This document shows, piece by piece, positions 20,786-31,944 of a DNA stretch of 64,000 nt. Numbering within the stretch: position 1 is the stretch's first letter; each line of letters begins with the position of its first letter. Source of the stretch: Candidatus Babeliales bacterium (GTDB lineage: Bacteria > Babelota > Babeliae > Babelales > JBFXEV01); contig JBFXEV010000001.1 in NCBI GenBank assembly GCA_050179755.1, forward strand, positions 105,994 to 169,993, given 5' to 3'. The position numbers and the translations under genes are program-made. The notes beneath the pieces are model-generated. The model worked only from the letters and a program-made list of their open reading frames with translations. It ran no database searches and was not told where the DNA came from.

Positions 20786-22591
20786 ATGACTCTATTTAGT
20801 TATATAAAAAATCATCTTTCAATCCTGGACGTGGTGCAAGATTTTGTTGCACTCAAAAAAGCAGGCCTCTATTATAAAGGCCAATGCCCTTTTCATAAAG
20901 AGCGCACAGCCTCATTTACCGTTAGCCCACACAAAGAAATTTATTATTGTTTTGGGTGTCATTCGGGTGGTGACGTAATCTCATTTATTAGCACCATTGA
21001 ACGCTGCTCGCAACTTGAAGCTGCTCATTTTGCAATTGATCGCTATAAACTAAACGTGCCCGCAGAACTGCTTGAGCGAAACAAAACTAATACTACAGCC
21101 CACACTGATGAACGCAAACTCTATTGGGCTATTTGCAAACTAGTGGCAAATTGGTGCCATACCAATGCACTGAAAAATCCCGCCGTGTTATCCTATTTAC
21201 GCAGCCGAAATATTTCAGAAAGCAGCACTACTCAATTTACTATTGGCTATTTTCCGTCAGGGGCACATGCCTTACAACCGCTCCTTAAAAAAGCAGCCGA
21301 TGAAAATATATTGCTCACCGATCTTATTTCTGCCAATATTCTTGCACAAGGCAAACAACAGCATATATATTCCCCCTTTGAAGATCGCATCCTGTTCCCT
21401 ATCAAAGATTATATGGGTAACATATGTGGTTTTGGTGGCAGAATATTCAAGAAAGATGATGAACGGCCAAAATATTATAACTCACGTGAGCATACTCATT
21501 TTGATAAAGGCTCACTCCTATTTGGCCTTGATAGCGCAAAAAAACCTATTAGCGACTCTGGCTCAGTGTTTTTAGTGGAGGGTTATACCGATTGCATAGC
21601 AATGGTACAGCATGGCTATCCCAATACGGTGGCAACGCTAGGAACAGCTTGCTCAATGACACAAGTAAAAGTGCTTGCACGCTACGCCCAAACTCTATAT
21701 TTAGTGTATGATGGGGATGCTGCAGGGCAGCAAGCAATGCTGCGCTTAGCGCAAAATTGCTGGCATGCCGATATGGAGCTCATGCAAATACCACTCCCCC
21801 AAGGAATGGATCCTGCAAGCTACCTCAATCAATTCCGCACGCTTGATGCATTATTACCGCAAGCTCAAGATATTTTTAGCTATTACATTAATTCAGTAAC
21901 AGCCAATTTTGCAGGGCAACCGCTACAGCAAAAGATGAAAATAGCCCGAAAATTAATAGGCCTTATTGGGGAACTTAATGACCAGTTAAAGCAAGATATA
22001 TTACTGCAAAAAGCTGCAAAAACTCTCAATATGCCTTTTGAGTCGGTAAAAAATGAGCTTGCGCGTTCTCGAGAACACCCAAAATTGCACGCTGAACCTG
22101 TGTTTCAAGAAGCCGACGAAGCGGTAGCACTAGTGCTTGAGCCCCAAAATAACCAGCCATTGAAAGAAATTCCAGAGTTGGAAAAAAAGTTATTTTCTGT
22201 TATAATAAATAACGTTGATCAATTGCGGGATGAAGAGGTGGCATATCTTACTGCTTATTTAACTGAGCCATTACCCAACTTGCTGAATTTACTTTTGAGC
22301 TGCAAACGTGATAATGAAACCACCTACTTTAATGATTTTTTCTCACGATTAACCGCACAAGAAAAACAGCTTATTAGCCAGCTTACTATTGAATTTCACC
22401 CGTATGAACATCAACATAATTTGCAGCATTTATTTGTACAGTTTCAAAAAAACCATTGGAAAAAGTTTGTCACTGACGTAAAGCACAAGTTAGAAAGCGC
22501 CAATCAACAGAATAACACACAAGAAATTGCAACGATTTTAGCGCGCTTTCAAGCATTGAAAAAAAAGTTACTTCATAAGGGGTTGATATGA
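20786..22591 (+). CDS. dnaG: DNA primase
   Basis: CPFH..CFGC Zn ribbon, GFGGR, PKYYNS, TOPRIM VEGYTD and YDGDAAG. Confidence 0.97.
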   Translation: MTLFSYIKNHLSILDVVQDFVALKKAGLYYKGQCPFHKERTASFTVSPHKEIYYCFGCHSGGDVISFISTIERCSQLEAAHFAIDRYKLNVPAELLERNKTNTTAHTDERKLYWAICKLVANWCHTNALKNPAVLSYLRSRNISESSTTQFTIGYFPSGAHALQPLLKKAADENILLTDLISANILAQGKQQHIYSPFEDRILFPIKDYMGNICGFGGRIFKKDDERPKYYNSREHTHFDKGSLLFGLDSAKKPISDSGSVFLVEGYTDCIAMVQHGYPNTVATLGTACSMTQVKVLARYAQTLYLVYDGDAAGQQAMLRLAQNCWHADMELMQIPLPQGMDPASYLNQFRTLDALLPQAQDIFSYYINSVTANFAGQPLQQKMKIARKLIGLIGELNDQLKQDILLQKAAKTLNMPFESVKNELARSREHPKLHAEPVFQEADEAVALVLEPQNNQPLKEIPELEKKLFSVIINNVDQLRDEEVAYLTAYLTEPLPNLLNLLLSCKRDNETTYFNDFFSRLTAQEKQLISQLTIEFHPYEHQHNLQHLFVQFQKNHWKKFVTDVKHKLESANQQNNTQEIATILARFQALKKKLLHKGLI

Positions 22592-24609
22592 TTAAAAAAT
22601 TAGTTCAAAAAAAAACGACTACAAAAAAAGCAAGCACGTCTAAAACAACTCCTAAAAAATCTACTCCCGCAAAACGTGTAGCGAAGAAAAAAATCAAAGT
22701 TGAAGCCGCTGAAACAGCTGCGTTAGTTGCCGCCCCTACTGATGAATTAAGCCAAACTATTGTTGATGCCTTTATTGATAAAGCCCAACGCGCTGGCGTT
22801 GTAACATTTGAAGAAGTCAAAGATTTTGTACAGCAATACGGGCTTACCAAAAATGAAACACGCCTTATCATCCGACAGCTTGAAAAAGAAAATATTGAGC
22901 TTATCAACGAAAGCGAACTTGATAGCAGTATTGGCAGTAGCGGCGATGAAGATGCCAGCGCAGGCGCACAAAGCCTAATAGGCTCATTTTCTTCTGAAGA
23001 AGAAGATGAAGAGCTGAGCGAAGATGAAGAAGAAGGGGCAGAAGAAGATGACGATGAATCAATGTTGCGTGTTACTTCTGAATCTTCTGGGCTTGCTGAC
23101 GGCGTAAAAAGCTATTTACGTGATATTGGTAAAATCCCACTTCTTAATAAAAAAACCGAGCAAGTTATTTCAGACAACATAGCAAAAGGTAAATTTAAAA
23201 GTACTCAAGCTATTGCTCTCTTTCCATTAGTGCATAAAGAACTTTTTAGCGTTGCTGAACGGTTGCAAAAAGATCCACTCATTTTAAAGGATGTTATTCA
23301 ATTCTCTGACTTCGATCAGGAAAACCTGCCTAAGCTGGAAGCTGAGCGCGATGCGCTTATTAAAACTATTGCAGTACTTAAAGAACAAACTGGGGAAGTT
23401 GAAAAATTACAACAAGCGCTCAATGAAGCTTCTGATGCCAAATCAAAAAAAGAGCTCACAAAAAAAATAGAAACGCATCAAGCAGAGGTTTTTGCTACTA
23501 TTCAAAGTATTAAATTTGCAAATAAGTTTATTAAAAGAATGGCAAAACGAATCCAAAAAGCGCTCTCAAAACTGCAGGAAAAAGAACAAGAAATTGTTGA
23601 GGTAACCACAGAGTTAAAAAAATTGCAAAAAAGCAAAACTCTTGAAGAACAAGAACAAGAAGCTCTTGAATTTTATGAACGCACATTGCGCATTGCCCAA
23701 AAAACAGTGAGCACTCTTGAAGCAGAAATTGGATTGCCCATTGAGGAAGCCCAAAAACTATTTGCACAACTTCAAGAAGGTATTACCATCGATAAGCTTG
23801 CAAAAGATGACCTGGCCAGAGCAAACTTAAGGCTTGTAGTTAACATTGCCAAAAAGTATGTAAACCGTGGCCTTCACTTTCTTGATTTAATTCAAGAAGG
23901 CAATATTGGGCTTATGAAAGCTGTTGAAAAGTTTGAATTTGAACGTGGGTATAAATTTTCAACGTATGCAACATGGTGGATTAGACAAGCAATCACACGT
24001 GCTATTGCCGATCAGTCACGCACTATCCGTGTGCCAGTTCATATGGTAGAAACACTTAATAAAATTAACAAAATTAAGCGCACCTTTATGCAAGAGCATG
24101 GGCGAGAACCATCTAATCAAGAACTTTCTAAAGAATTAAATCTTGATGAAAAGAAAATAAAGAATATCATTAAGATCTCTAAAGAACCAATTTCACTTGA
24201 AACACCGGTTGGTGATAGCGAAGATGCGTATATTAAAGATTTTATTGAAAATGAAGATGAATACTCACCTGCCGACTCTGTTGCAAGCAACGATTTGAAA
24301 GAACGAGTGCGCGAATTGCTCAAAGGGCTTACCCCACGCGAAGAAAAAGTACTCAAAATGCGTTTTGGTATAGATGTAGCCTCTGAACATACCTTGGAAG
24401 AAGTGGGTAAAGATTTTGGCGTAACACGAGAGCGAATTCGCCAAATTGAAGTAAAAGCTATTCGCAAGTTACGGCATCCATCCAAAAGTGACGGCCTGCG
24501 TGAATTCTTTAATAAAAATGAGCAACCAAATGCTTCTAAAAAAAGCAAAGATGAAGCATACGAAGATAACGATAACGATGATAATTTAGACTCAGATTCT
24601 AGTGATTAA
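22588..24609 (+). CDS. rpoD: Primary sigma70 factor, copy 1
   Basis: Regions 1.2 (YLRDIG), 2 ([29 protein letters not shown]), 3 and 4 ([15 protein letters not shown]); long NCR. Confidence 0.95.
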   Translation: MIKKLVQKKTTTKKASTSKTTPKKSTPAKRVAKKKIKVEAAETAALVAAPTDELSQTIVDAFIDKAQRAGVVTFEEVKDFVQQYGLTKNETRLIIRQLEKENIELINESELDSSIGSSGDEDASAGAQSLIGSFSSEEEDEELSEDEEEGAEEDDDESMLRVTSESSGLADGVKSYLRDIGKIPLLNKKTEQVISDNIAKGKFKSTQAIALFPLVHKELFSVAERLQKDPLILKDVIQFSDFDQENLPKLEAERDALIKTIAVLKEQTGEVEKLQQALNEASDAKSKKELTKKIETHQAEVFATIQSIKFANKFIKRMAKRIQKALSKLQEKEQEIVEVTTELKKLQKSKTLEEQEQEALEFYERTLRIAQKTVSTLEAEIGLPIEEAQKLFAQLQEGITIDKLAKDDLARANLRLVVNIAKKYVNRGLHFLDLIQEGNIGLMKAVEKFEFERGYKFSTYATWWIRQAITRAIADQSRTIRVPVHMVETLNKINKIKRTFMQEHGREPSNQELSKELNLDEKKIKNIIKISKEPISLETPVGDSEDAYIKDFIENEDEYSPADSVASNDLKERVRELLKGLTPREEKVLKMRFGIDVASEHTLEEVGKDFGVTRERIRQIEVKAIRKLRHPSKSDGLREFFNKNEQPNASKKSKDEAYEDNDNDDNLDSDSSD

Positions 24610-24636
24610 AAATTAACCCCTAAAGTAATAACATCT

Positions 24637-26547
24637 ATGCAGAAGAAAAAACTTGAATCAAAAGTAGTAGCAGAAGTAACCGAACTCAGTGCAAACGACC
24701 CTAAAGTAAGTATCATCAACAATTTTGTAGACAAAGCGCAACGCGCTGGCGTTGTGACCTATGAAGAAGTAATTGATTTTGTTAAACAATATGGTTTTAA
24801 CAAAGCCGATACTCGCATTCTTATTAAACAACTTGAAAAAGAAAACATTGAATTAATCATCGAAAGTGAACTTGAAAGTTCTATAGGCAGCAGCAGCGAT
24901 GAAGATGGTAGCCAAGCAGCACAACAAATGTTTGGTGAACTTGATAGCGAAGAAGAAGCCGATGAAGAAGATGGTCTTGATGACGGAGGCGACGACGAAG
25001 AAGATGATGACGACCAATCAATGCTGCGCGTTACTTCTGAATCAAGCGGCCTTGCCGATGGCGTAAAAAGCTACCTGCGCGACATTGGTAAAATTCCACT
25101 TCTCAATAAACAAACTGAAAAAGTTATTGCAGATAATATCATTCGGGGCCGCTTTAAAAGTACTCATGCAATATCATTAATGCCTTTTGTACAAAAAGAA
25201 CTCTATGCTATGGCTGAGCGGCTTGAGAAAGACTCTAATGCACTTAAAGATATTATTCAGTTTTCCGATTTTGACCAAGAAAATTTACCAAAAATTGAGA
25301 GCGAGCGAGATGCGCTTATTGCAACGATTAAATCTATTAAAGATTTAGCTGCCCAAGAAGAAAAAATTTATCATGAATATCGTGGCAAACTTGAAGATCC
25401 TAAGCTCAAAAAGGAAATGCTCCAGCGAGTTCAAGATAATAAAGCTAAAATCAGCGAGACTATTCAAAGTATAAAATTTGCTAATAAATTCATTAAACGC
25501 ATAGCCAAACTTGTTGATCGTATTATCAGTAAGATCAATGAGAAAGAACGTGAAATAGAAGAAGCAAACAAAGAACTTAAAAAATTACAAAAAAATAAAT
25601 TAGGCAGCCCAGAAGAACACACCGAAGCCGTTGAGTTCTATGAACGCATAGTGCGTGCCAACCAAAAAAATATTAAAAATATTGAAGGCGAAGTTGGGTT
25701 ACCATTCAAAGACACGTTGCGGCTTCTTGAACAACTAAAAGAAGGCATTCGTATTGATAAATTAGCCAAGGATGATTTGGCTCGCGCCAATCTAAGGCTT
25801 GTGGTAAATAATGCTAAAAAGTATATCAATCGCGGCCTTCATTTTCTTGATCTTATTCAAGAAGGCAATATTGGCTTAATGAAAGCTGTTGAAAAATTTG
25901 AATTTGAACGAGGTTATAAATTCTCAACTTACGCTTCTTGGTGGATTCGCCAAGCTATTACACGTGCTATAGCCGATCAATCACGCACTATTCGCGTGCC
26001 GGTACATATTGTTGAAACCATCAACAAAATGAACAAAATTAAACGCACGTTTATGCAAGAGCACGGCAGAGAACCTAATAACCAAGAACTTTCAAAAGAA
26101 CTTAATCTTGATGAAAAGAAAATAAAAAGCATTATTAAGATCTCAAAAGAACCTATTTCACTTGAAACACCGGTTGGTGATGGTGAAGATGCGTATATTA
26201 AAGACTTTATTGAAAGCGAAAACGATTTTTCTCCCGCTGAATCAGTTGCAAGTAACGACTTGAAAGAACGTGTACGTGAAGTGCTTAAAGATCTGTCTCC
26301 ACGAGAAGAAAAAGTTCTCAAAATGCGATTTGGCATTGATGTTGCTTCTGAACACACTTTGGAAGAAGTTGGTAAAGATTTTGGTGTTACACGTGAACGA
26401 ATTCGTCAAATTGAAGTCAAAGCAATACGTAAGTTACGCCATCCATCAAAGAGCGATAAATTGCGCTCGTTTTTCCAAAAAGAATATGATACGCTAGCAG
26501 CAGATACTATAATAGCCGATGACATGGAAGCAGATGAACTAGAATAA
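24637..26547 (+). CDS. rpoD: Primary sigma70 factor, copy 2
   Basis: Same complete domain set; [12 protein letters not shown]. Confidence 0.95.
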   Translation: MQKKKLESKVVAEVTELSANDPKVSIINNFVDKAQRAGVVTYEEVIDFVKQYGFNKADTRILIKQLEKENIELIIESELESSIGSSSDEDGSQAAQQMFGELDSEEEADEEDGLDDGGDDEEDDDDQSMLRVTSESSGLADGVKSYLRDIGKIPLLNKQTEKVIADNIIRGRFKSTHAISLMPFVQKELYAMAERLEKDSNALKDIIQFSDFDQENLPKIESERDALIATIKSIKDLAAQEEKIYHEYRGKLEDPKLKKEMLQRVQDNKAKISETIQSIKFANKFIKRIAKLVDRIISKINEKEREIEEANKELKKLQKNKLGSPEEHTEAVEFYERIVRANQKNIKNIEGEVGLPFKDTLRLLEQLKEGIRIDKLAKDDLARANLRLVVNNAKKYINRGLHFLDLIQEGNIGLMKAVEKFEFERGYKFSTYASWWIRQAITRAIADQSRTIRVPVHIVETINKMNKIKRTFMQEHGREPNNQELSKELNLDEKKIKSIIKISKEPISLETPVGDGEDAYIKDFIESENDFSPAESVASNDLKERVREVLKDLSPREEKVLKMRFGIDVASEHTLEEVGKDFGVTRERIRQIEVKAIRKLRHPSKSDKLRSFFQKEYDTLAADTIIADDMEADELE

Positions 26548-26629
26548 TTTACAAAAGAGTAAATTATAGAGTATAAAAAAGATAGTTGTAATAAAGCATG
26601 TACCCTAGTATAAGAAGTGAAAAACGATT

Positions 26630-27967
26630 ATGAATTGTGAACCTATTTCGTCTGGTGTGTTACTAGCCCTCGCTGTTGGGTTTATTGTTTCATTAGCAAT
26701 TAATGCAATCTATTCATTCTTGGAAACAAGTGTAACGGGAATACGACTTTTTAAGCTCAAAGAAATGTCGCACTCCACCACTAAATTTCAAAGGCTTTTT
26801 GCAACGCTGGAAGCAAGCCCACATGAAGTGCTTTTAAGTATTTTAATTGCAAGCAGTTTGGCAAGTACTAGTGCTGCCACTTTGCTTTCTGCTATTGTGG
26901 AGCCATTACTTGCTCAAGTGGAATTTTCTAAAACACTGGGAATTCTTATTAGCGTAGTTGCAAGTACTGCGTTCATATTAGTATTTGGAGAAGCCATCCC
27001 CAAAAGCATTGCCAAAGTGCACGGGGAAAAACTATTTAAATCAACACTCTGGATCACCAATCTAACCTTTCAAGTAATGCGTCCATTTGTGTATTTGCTT
27101 ATCAAACTTTCAGGATACACGGCAAGACTGTTTGGCACTCCAGAAGACCCTACCGAATCAGTAACCTCTGAACGAGAAATCAGATTCCTCATTGATTATA
27201 TTAATGAAAAAGGATTAATGGACAAAGAAAAAACATCTATGCTTCATGCAATCTTTGAGCTGGGCAATAAACAAGTAGAAGAAATCATGGTACCTACAGC
27301 TGAAGTGATACAGCTTGAGGTTTCTGAACCGCTGAGCAATGCAGTAGCTCTTTTTGCACGCTATCAATTCTCTCGTTTACCCGTTTTTGAAAAAACAAAA
27401 GATAACATTATTGGTATGATCCACCAAAAAGATGTTTTTGTATTGCTCGTGCAAAAAAAAGAAGCAACACTCAAACATCTTATGCGCCCAATTATGTTTG
27501 TACCAGAGACTATGCGCATTAATCAGCTTCTGAATGAATTTCGCAAACAAGGCATGCATATTGCCGTTGTGCTCAATGAATTTGGAAGTATTACCGGCAT
27601 AGTAACACTTGAAGACGTACTTGAAGAAATTGTAGGCGAAATTAATGATGAGCATGAGGAAGCGCCGGAAAAAGTAATTGCCATAGATCAAAGTAGCTGG
27701 CTTGTTGCTGCAAGCATTGATCTTGATACGCTCGGCCATTTACTTGGTATAGAATTTCATGAAGAAGATGTAATCTCGTTGGGTGGTTTTCTTACTGAGC
27801 GGTTGCAACACGTCCCAAGAAAAGGCGAGCAAGTGTTCTATAAAAATTATTATTTTTATGTTCATAAAGCCTGCCATAGGCGTGTGCTCCAAGTGCTTGT
27901 AGCCAAAGATCTAAAATCGGCACTTAAATATATCAATTCGTTGCCAAAGAAAAAGCAGGAGAAGTAA
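26630..27967 (+). CDS. CNNM/CBS/CorC (hemolysin-family) membrane protein
   Basis: GEAIPKS, FSRLPV, EFGSITGIVTLEDVLEEIVGEI. Confidence 0.92.
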   Translation: MNCEPISSGVLLALAVGFIVSLAINAIYSFLETSVTGIRLFKLKEMSHSTTKFQRLFATLEASPHEVLLSILIASSLASTSAATLLSAIVEPLLAQVEFSKTLGILISVVASTAFILVFGEAIPKSIAKVHGEKLFKSTLWITNLTFQVMRPFVYLLIKLSGYTARLFGTPEDPTESVTSEREIRFLIDYINEKGLMDKEKTSMLHAIFELGNKQVEEIMVPTAEVIQLEVSEPLSNAVALFARYQFSRLPVFEKTKDNIIGMIHQKDVFVLLVQKKEATLKHLMRPIMFVPETMRINQLLNEFRKQGMHIAVVLNEFGSITGIVTLEDVLEEIVGEINDEHEEAPEKVIAIDQSSWLVAASIDLDTLGHLLGIEFHEEDVISLGGFLTERLQHVPRKGEQVFYKNYYFYVHKACHRRVLQVLVAKDLKSALKYINSLPKKKQEK

Positions 27968-27981
27968 AAAAAGGAAGGTAT

Positions 27982-28371
27982 ATGAAAAGCATCCTATGTG
28001 CATCGGCATGCTGCATGCTAATGCTCTCTACGCTCTACACACTTTCTCAGGAGCCAAAAGATACCCAAATAGTTATTCCAGAAGAAATAGTCTTTGTACC
28101 ATTAACAGCCATCAAACCTTCTAGCACCAGCAACCCTTTCTATACAAAGCTTATATTTGCAACGTTAGCACTTGCAGGCGCCTTTGGTAAAATATTAATT
28201 GATTCAGGCACTAGTATTTTACTAGTAGATAGCATTACAACCACCTTAAAATCGCTTCTTGGTGCAGAATATGATGCAGAAGAGCATCAACCCCTTATCA
28301 ACGAATGCATTCAATTCATTAAAAAACAAGCACAAACACTTGTGAGCACTCAAGAACAAAAAAATGATTAA
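27982..28371 (+). CDS. Hypothetical exported or membrane protein
   Basis: AAGGAAGG SD, signal peptide, one internal hydrophobic segment. Confidence 0.6.
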   Translation: MKSILCASACCMLMLSTLYTLSQEPKDTQIVIPEEIVFVPLTAIKPSSTSNPFYTKLIFATLALAGAFGKILIDSGTSILLVDSITTTLKSLLGAEYDAEEHQPLINECIQFIKKQAQTLVSTQEQKND

Positions 28372-28484
28372 GTGCTCATAACCCTTGAATCCTCTCATGC
28401 TCACATGCTACATTAAAGATAATAAAGCCCTTCTTGAAGAAACTACCGTTAAAAAAGAATCTATAAAAAAATGGAGACTTATTC

Positions 28485-28937
28485 ATGAACTACCTATATT
28501 TATTTTCTCTAACAATGCTCATAAATATTAATTGCTTAAGTATGCATCTTGATTTTAGCAACGCTGCCAAGGATATTGGTCAAGATCATGGCAAGTATGA
28601 AGCCAGAAGACTTACAGCACAGAACGTAAATAACACCGATCTTCTAAACCCTCTGTTTGAGCAATTGGATATTGCGGTTAAGTTCAAAAAAGACCACCCC
28701 GAATCCACAAGTCAGTTTAAAGGTTTTATTGTAGGCTTTGGCGCGACGATATTAGCACACAATGCAACTTGCCTAAAAACAAAAAAACCTGTAGTTACTT
28801 TGGATCACGCCATCTTTGAAGGACTTGTGACAAAACGCCAAGACGATGATGTAGCAACCAAAGAAAGTCGTGAAGAGCTTATTAAATTACTCAGGGATAC
28901 TTTAACATCCATGGATCTACTGACTTTAGATAAGTAA
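28485..28937 (+). CDS. Exported hypothetical protein (paralog A)
   Basis: GGAGA SD, signal peptide CLS-M; similar to the next gene. Confidence 0.7.
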   Translation: MNYLYLFSLTMLININCLSMHLDFSNAAKDIGQDHGKYEARRLTAQNVNNTDLLNPLFEQLDIAVKFKKDHPESTSQFKGFIVGFGATILAHNATCLKTKKPVVTLDHAIFEGLVTKRQDDDVATKESREELIKLLRDTLTSMDLLTLDK

Positions 28938-29031
28938 ATGGCTAATTCCCTCAAAATGATTTTACTCTAGAATAAAAAATGGGGCATGCCAGTACATTAA
29001 ACTATCAATAAACATCTTTATGGAAGGTCTT

Positions 29032-29454
29032 ATGAAGTACAACATTCTCCTTTTATCATTTTTTTTGCTAACAACAAACGGTAATGCCATGGATACAGAG
29101 TATGGCTTAAGCAATGTCAGTCATTTTATAAGCAAAGAAAAAGGAGAATTTGCCGCTCAAGAGGTATTTAAACGTGGTGCAGATTGCAATGAACTTTTAA
29201 TATCAATTCGCACCCAGCTTGAAGTAACCGTACCTTTGCACAATATCCCTGAAGCACACACTCAATTCCATAGTTTTGTATATGGTATAGTGTGGGCGTT
29301 GAAGAAACGTAATCTTACATTTACAAGACAACAATATACTGAGCACATTGTAAATCAAACAGGCAGTGATAAAGATCCTCAAACGCAAAAAAGCCGTAAG
29401 GAGTTGGTTGAACTCCTTACGGCTGATTTAACAAGAGCTGAAATGCTTACTTAA
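29032..29454 (+). CDS. Exported hypothetical protein (paralog B)
   Basis: Start at MKYNILL, GNA-MD; PE..TQF.SF..G and SRKELVELL match paralog A. Confidence 0.7.
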   Translation: MKYNILLLSFFLLTTNGNAMDTEYGLSNVSHFISKEKGEFAAQEVFKRGADCNELLISIRTQLEVTVPLHNIPEAHTQFHSFVYGIVWALKKRNLTFTRQQYTEHIVNQTGSDKDPQTQKSRKELVELLTADLTRAEMLT

Positions 29455-30433
29455 GATTAGTAAAGATTTGTTGCATAGATGCAAGTGATCCAACAAGCGA
29501 TCCCATTTCATAAGGAATCACCACCGTTTTTCCTTCTGTACCTTTTGTCATATCAGGCAATGCTTTAATATACTGCATTGCAACCAAATATGGCATAGGA
29601 TCACCATTAGGTACTTGGGCTTTAATCATTTGTATTGCTTTAGCTTCCGCTTCTACAATCTTAAAGCGAGCTTCTGCCTCACCTTGTGCGTTAATCACAC
29701 GGGCTTCAGCAGCACCTTGCGCACGAAGAACTTGTGATTCTTGTTCACCTTCTGCCTCTAAAATCGCAGCGCGTTTTTTACCTTCTGATTCAAGAATGGT
29801 TGCTCGGCGATCACGCTCTGCGCGCATTTGCTTTTCCATAGCATGGCGAATATCAATTGGTGGATTCACTTCTTGTAATTCCACACGGTTGATCTTCACA
29901 CCCCATTTATCGGTGGCTTCATCAAGAATCAAACGCAATTTCTCATTGATAAGATCTCGAGATACAAGCGTTTCGTCTAAATCCATAGAACCAATAACGT
30001 TACGCAGCGTTGTTTGTGTGAGTTTTTCAATTGCTTCAGGCAAATTACTCACTTCATACACAGCAGCTTTAGGGTCGGTAATTTGATAAAATAACACGGC
30101 ATTAATTTCCATAGTTACGTTATCTTTTGTTATCACGTTTTGCTTGGGAAAATCGTACACCGATTCACGTAAATCAAGACGATCAATTGTACGCGAAATA
30201 CGATAATAACGCTTACCATCTTCTGATATCACGTACGACCATAATACGCTGTGAGGCCGCGCAACAAATGGTGTTACAAAGTGCATGCCTGGCCCCAGTA
30301 TGCGATCAAATCGACCAAATCGTTCAATAACAACGGCTTCTGCTTGCCGCACCATGTATATGGAGGACAAAATAAACCAAGCCATCACTATAAAAGCAGT
30401 GAGTAAAAATACCCCAATTCCAAATATGATCAT
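29447..30433 (-). CDS. SPFH/stomatin (QmcA-like) membrane protein
   Basis: IERFGRF, ITKDNV, TTLRNVIG, AMEKQMRAERDRRA. Confidence 0.93.
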   Translation of the reverse strand: MIIFGIGVFLLTAFIVMAWFILSSIYMVRQAEAVVIERFGRFDRILGPGMHFVTPFVARPHSVLWSYVISEDGKRYYRISRTIDRLDLRESVYDFPKQNVITKDNVTMEINAVLFYQITDPKAAVYEVSNLPEAIEKLTQTTLRNVIGSMDLDETLVSRDLINEKLRLILDEATDKWGVKINRVELQEVNPPIDIRHAMEKQMRAERDRRATILESEGKKRAAILEAEGEQESQVLRAQGAAEARVINAQGEAEARFKIVEAEAKAIQMIKAQVPNGDPMPYLVAMQYIKALPDMTKGTEGKTVVIPYEMGSLVGSLASMQQIFTNLK

Positions 30434-30474
30434 GAGAATATCCTTTCTAAGTTGTTTTTTAATTTAACTACAAG

Positions 30475-30930
30475 TTATCTGCTAGCAGCAAGCTCTTTTA
30501 CCACTACGTGAGCACCACGCTGATAAACCACCTCAACCAAAGTGCCATGAGGTATATGCTGATTATGGTCTGAACGCGCTGACCAAATTTCACCATTGAT
30601 TTTGACCTGCCCAAATTGATCAGGAACAATCGCTTTGGTAACTACAGCACGTTTACCTGGCAATGCATATACACCAGAAGGGTGTGATCCATGACCCGGG
30701 CCCGCATAGCCGGTTAAGCGTATCCATGAATAGAGAGCCAAAAACCCTAAGAGCGTTCCTATAAGGGCCACACTAGTTTGTACTACTAAATTATAGTCCA
30801 AATAGCTGGCTATTGCTGCAAGGCAAGCGCCTACGGCAAACGAAAGGCATAAGAACAAACCAGGATGCGCAATCTCAAATAGCACAAAAGTGAGTGCGAT
30901 AACTAGCCAAAAGAATATGAATTGATTCAT
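30475..30930 (-). CDS. Short NfeD (YbbJ-like) protein
   Basis: TM segments plus GQVKINGEIWSAR OB-fold; adjacent to the SPFH gene. Confidence 0.9.
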   Translation of the reverse strand: MNQFIFFWLVIALTFVLFEIAHPGLFLCLSFAVGACLAAIASYLDYNLVVQTSVALIGTLLGFLALYSWIRLTGYAGPGHGSHPSGVYALPGKRAVVTKAIVPDQFGQVKINGEIWSARSDHNQHIPHGTLVEVVYQRGAHVVVKELAASR

Positions 30931-31020
30931 GAGCTCGCCCTTTCATGCCGCAAAATTGAGCGTTATAGGAGCCAAGAGAGGTACCATTGAAGTTTTTTAC
31001 TTATTCTATTCTACACTAAT

Positions 31021-31049
31021 TTGACAAAAACTCAATATCATAGCATACT
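31021..31049 (+). promoter_or_regulatory. Sigma70-type promoter, probably leaderless
   Basis: TTGACA-N17-CATACT ends 7 nt before ATG 31057. Confidence 0.55.
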
Positions 31050-31056
31050 ATTTGTA

Positions 31057-31944
31057 ATGAAATATTTACAACATTCGTTGCTACTCATTACCCTGTTAAT
31101 AAGTACAACCCTTAAACCTCAAACACTTATGAGCAGCAAAAAAACTGTTCAACAAACAACTATCAAATTGGACCAACAAAACCAAACGTCGAGTCATTGG
31201 ATCAACGTCTGGGTTCATGGTACACGTTTAACCCCCAAAATATTTTTTAAAAAATTCTTTCATGTAACACGTGGGCTTCATAAAGCAACAAATCTCGAGC
31301 CTTCGTATCATCACCGAGCCATTGCCGAATGCTTACATACTATTGATCAAGATAAATTTAATCTCAACAATTTTTATTTATTTGGCTGGTCAGGAAAGCT
31401 CAGTTTTGAAAAACGCAAGCAAGCAGCGCAAGAACTTTGTAAAGAGCTTAATCAGTTAATAACAGACTATACGCTTGAACATGGCGTGCGACCCAAAGTG
31501 CGCGTTATCACCCATAGCCATGGCGGCAACGTGGCGCTCAACATGGCACTTTTTGCACAGAATAATGAATTATCGCTTGATGAACTGGTGTTATTGGCAT
31601 GCCCAGTACAAGAGGCAACACAAAACCTAATTAAACATTCTTGCTTTAAAGCAATCTACTCACTATATTCAACACGAGACGTGCTTCAAGTAATTGACCC
31701 GCAAGGCATCTATTTTGGGGAATACGAATCCATCGATTTTGATAATTTGTTCTCTAAACGGCAATTCCCGCAGCATCCAAAACTTAAACAAGCTGAAATA
31801 CAATATAATAACCGCGGCATTTTGCACGTTGAGTTTTTGCTCATTGAGAAATTATCTGGCTTTATTCAACATTTGCCACATATTCTTTGCATGCTTGCCT
31901 CGCACCATGAAGCAGACCAAAAAATTACTTTGCAAGATAATTAA
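31057..31944 (+). CDS. Exported alpha/beta-hydrolase-fold protein
   Basis: WVHGT, FGWSG, nucleophile elbow THSHGGNV, LLACP, signal peptide. Confidence 0.8.
   Translation: MKYLQHSLLLITLLISTTLKPQTLMSSKKTVQQTTIKLDQQNQTSSHWINVWVHGTRLTPKIFFKKFFHVTRGLHKATNLEPSYHHRAIAECLHTIDQDKFNLNNFYLFGWSGKLSFEKRKQAAQELCKELNQLITDYTLEHGVRPKVRVITHSHGGNVALNMALFAQNNELSLDELVLLACPVQEATQNLIKHSCFKAIYSLYSTRDVLQVIDPQGIYFGEYESIDFDNLFSKRQFPQHPKLKQAEIQYNNRGILHVEFLLIEKLSGFIQHLPHILCMLASHHEADQKITLQDN

Noticed and set aside
22588..26547. rpoD duplication as a simple assembly artefact
   Set aside because: The copies differ at many synonymous sites and have distinct N-termini, NCRs and tails; both ORFs are intact
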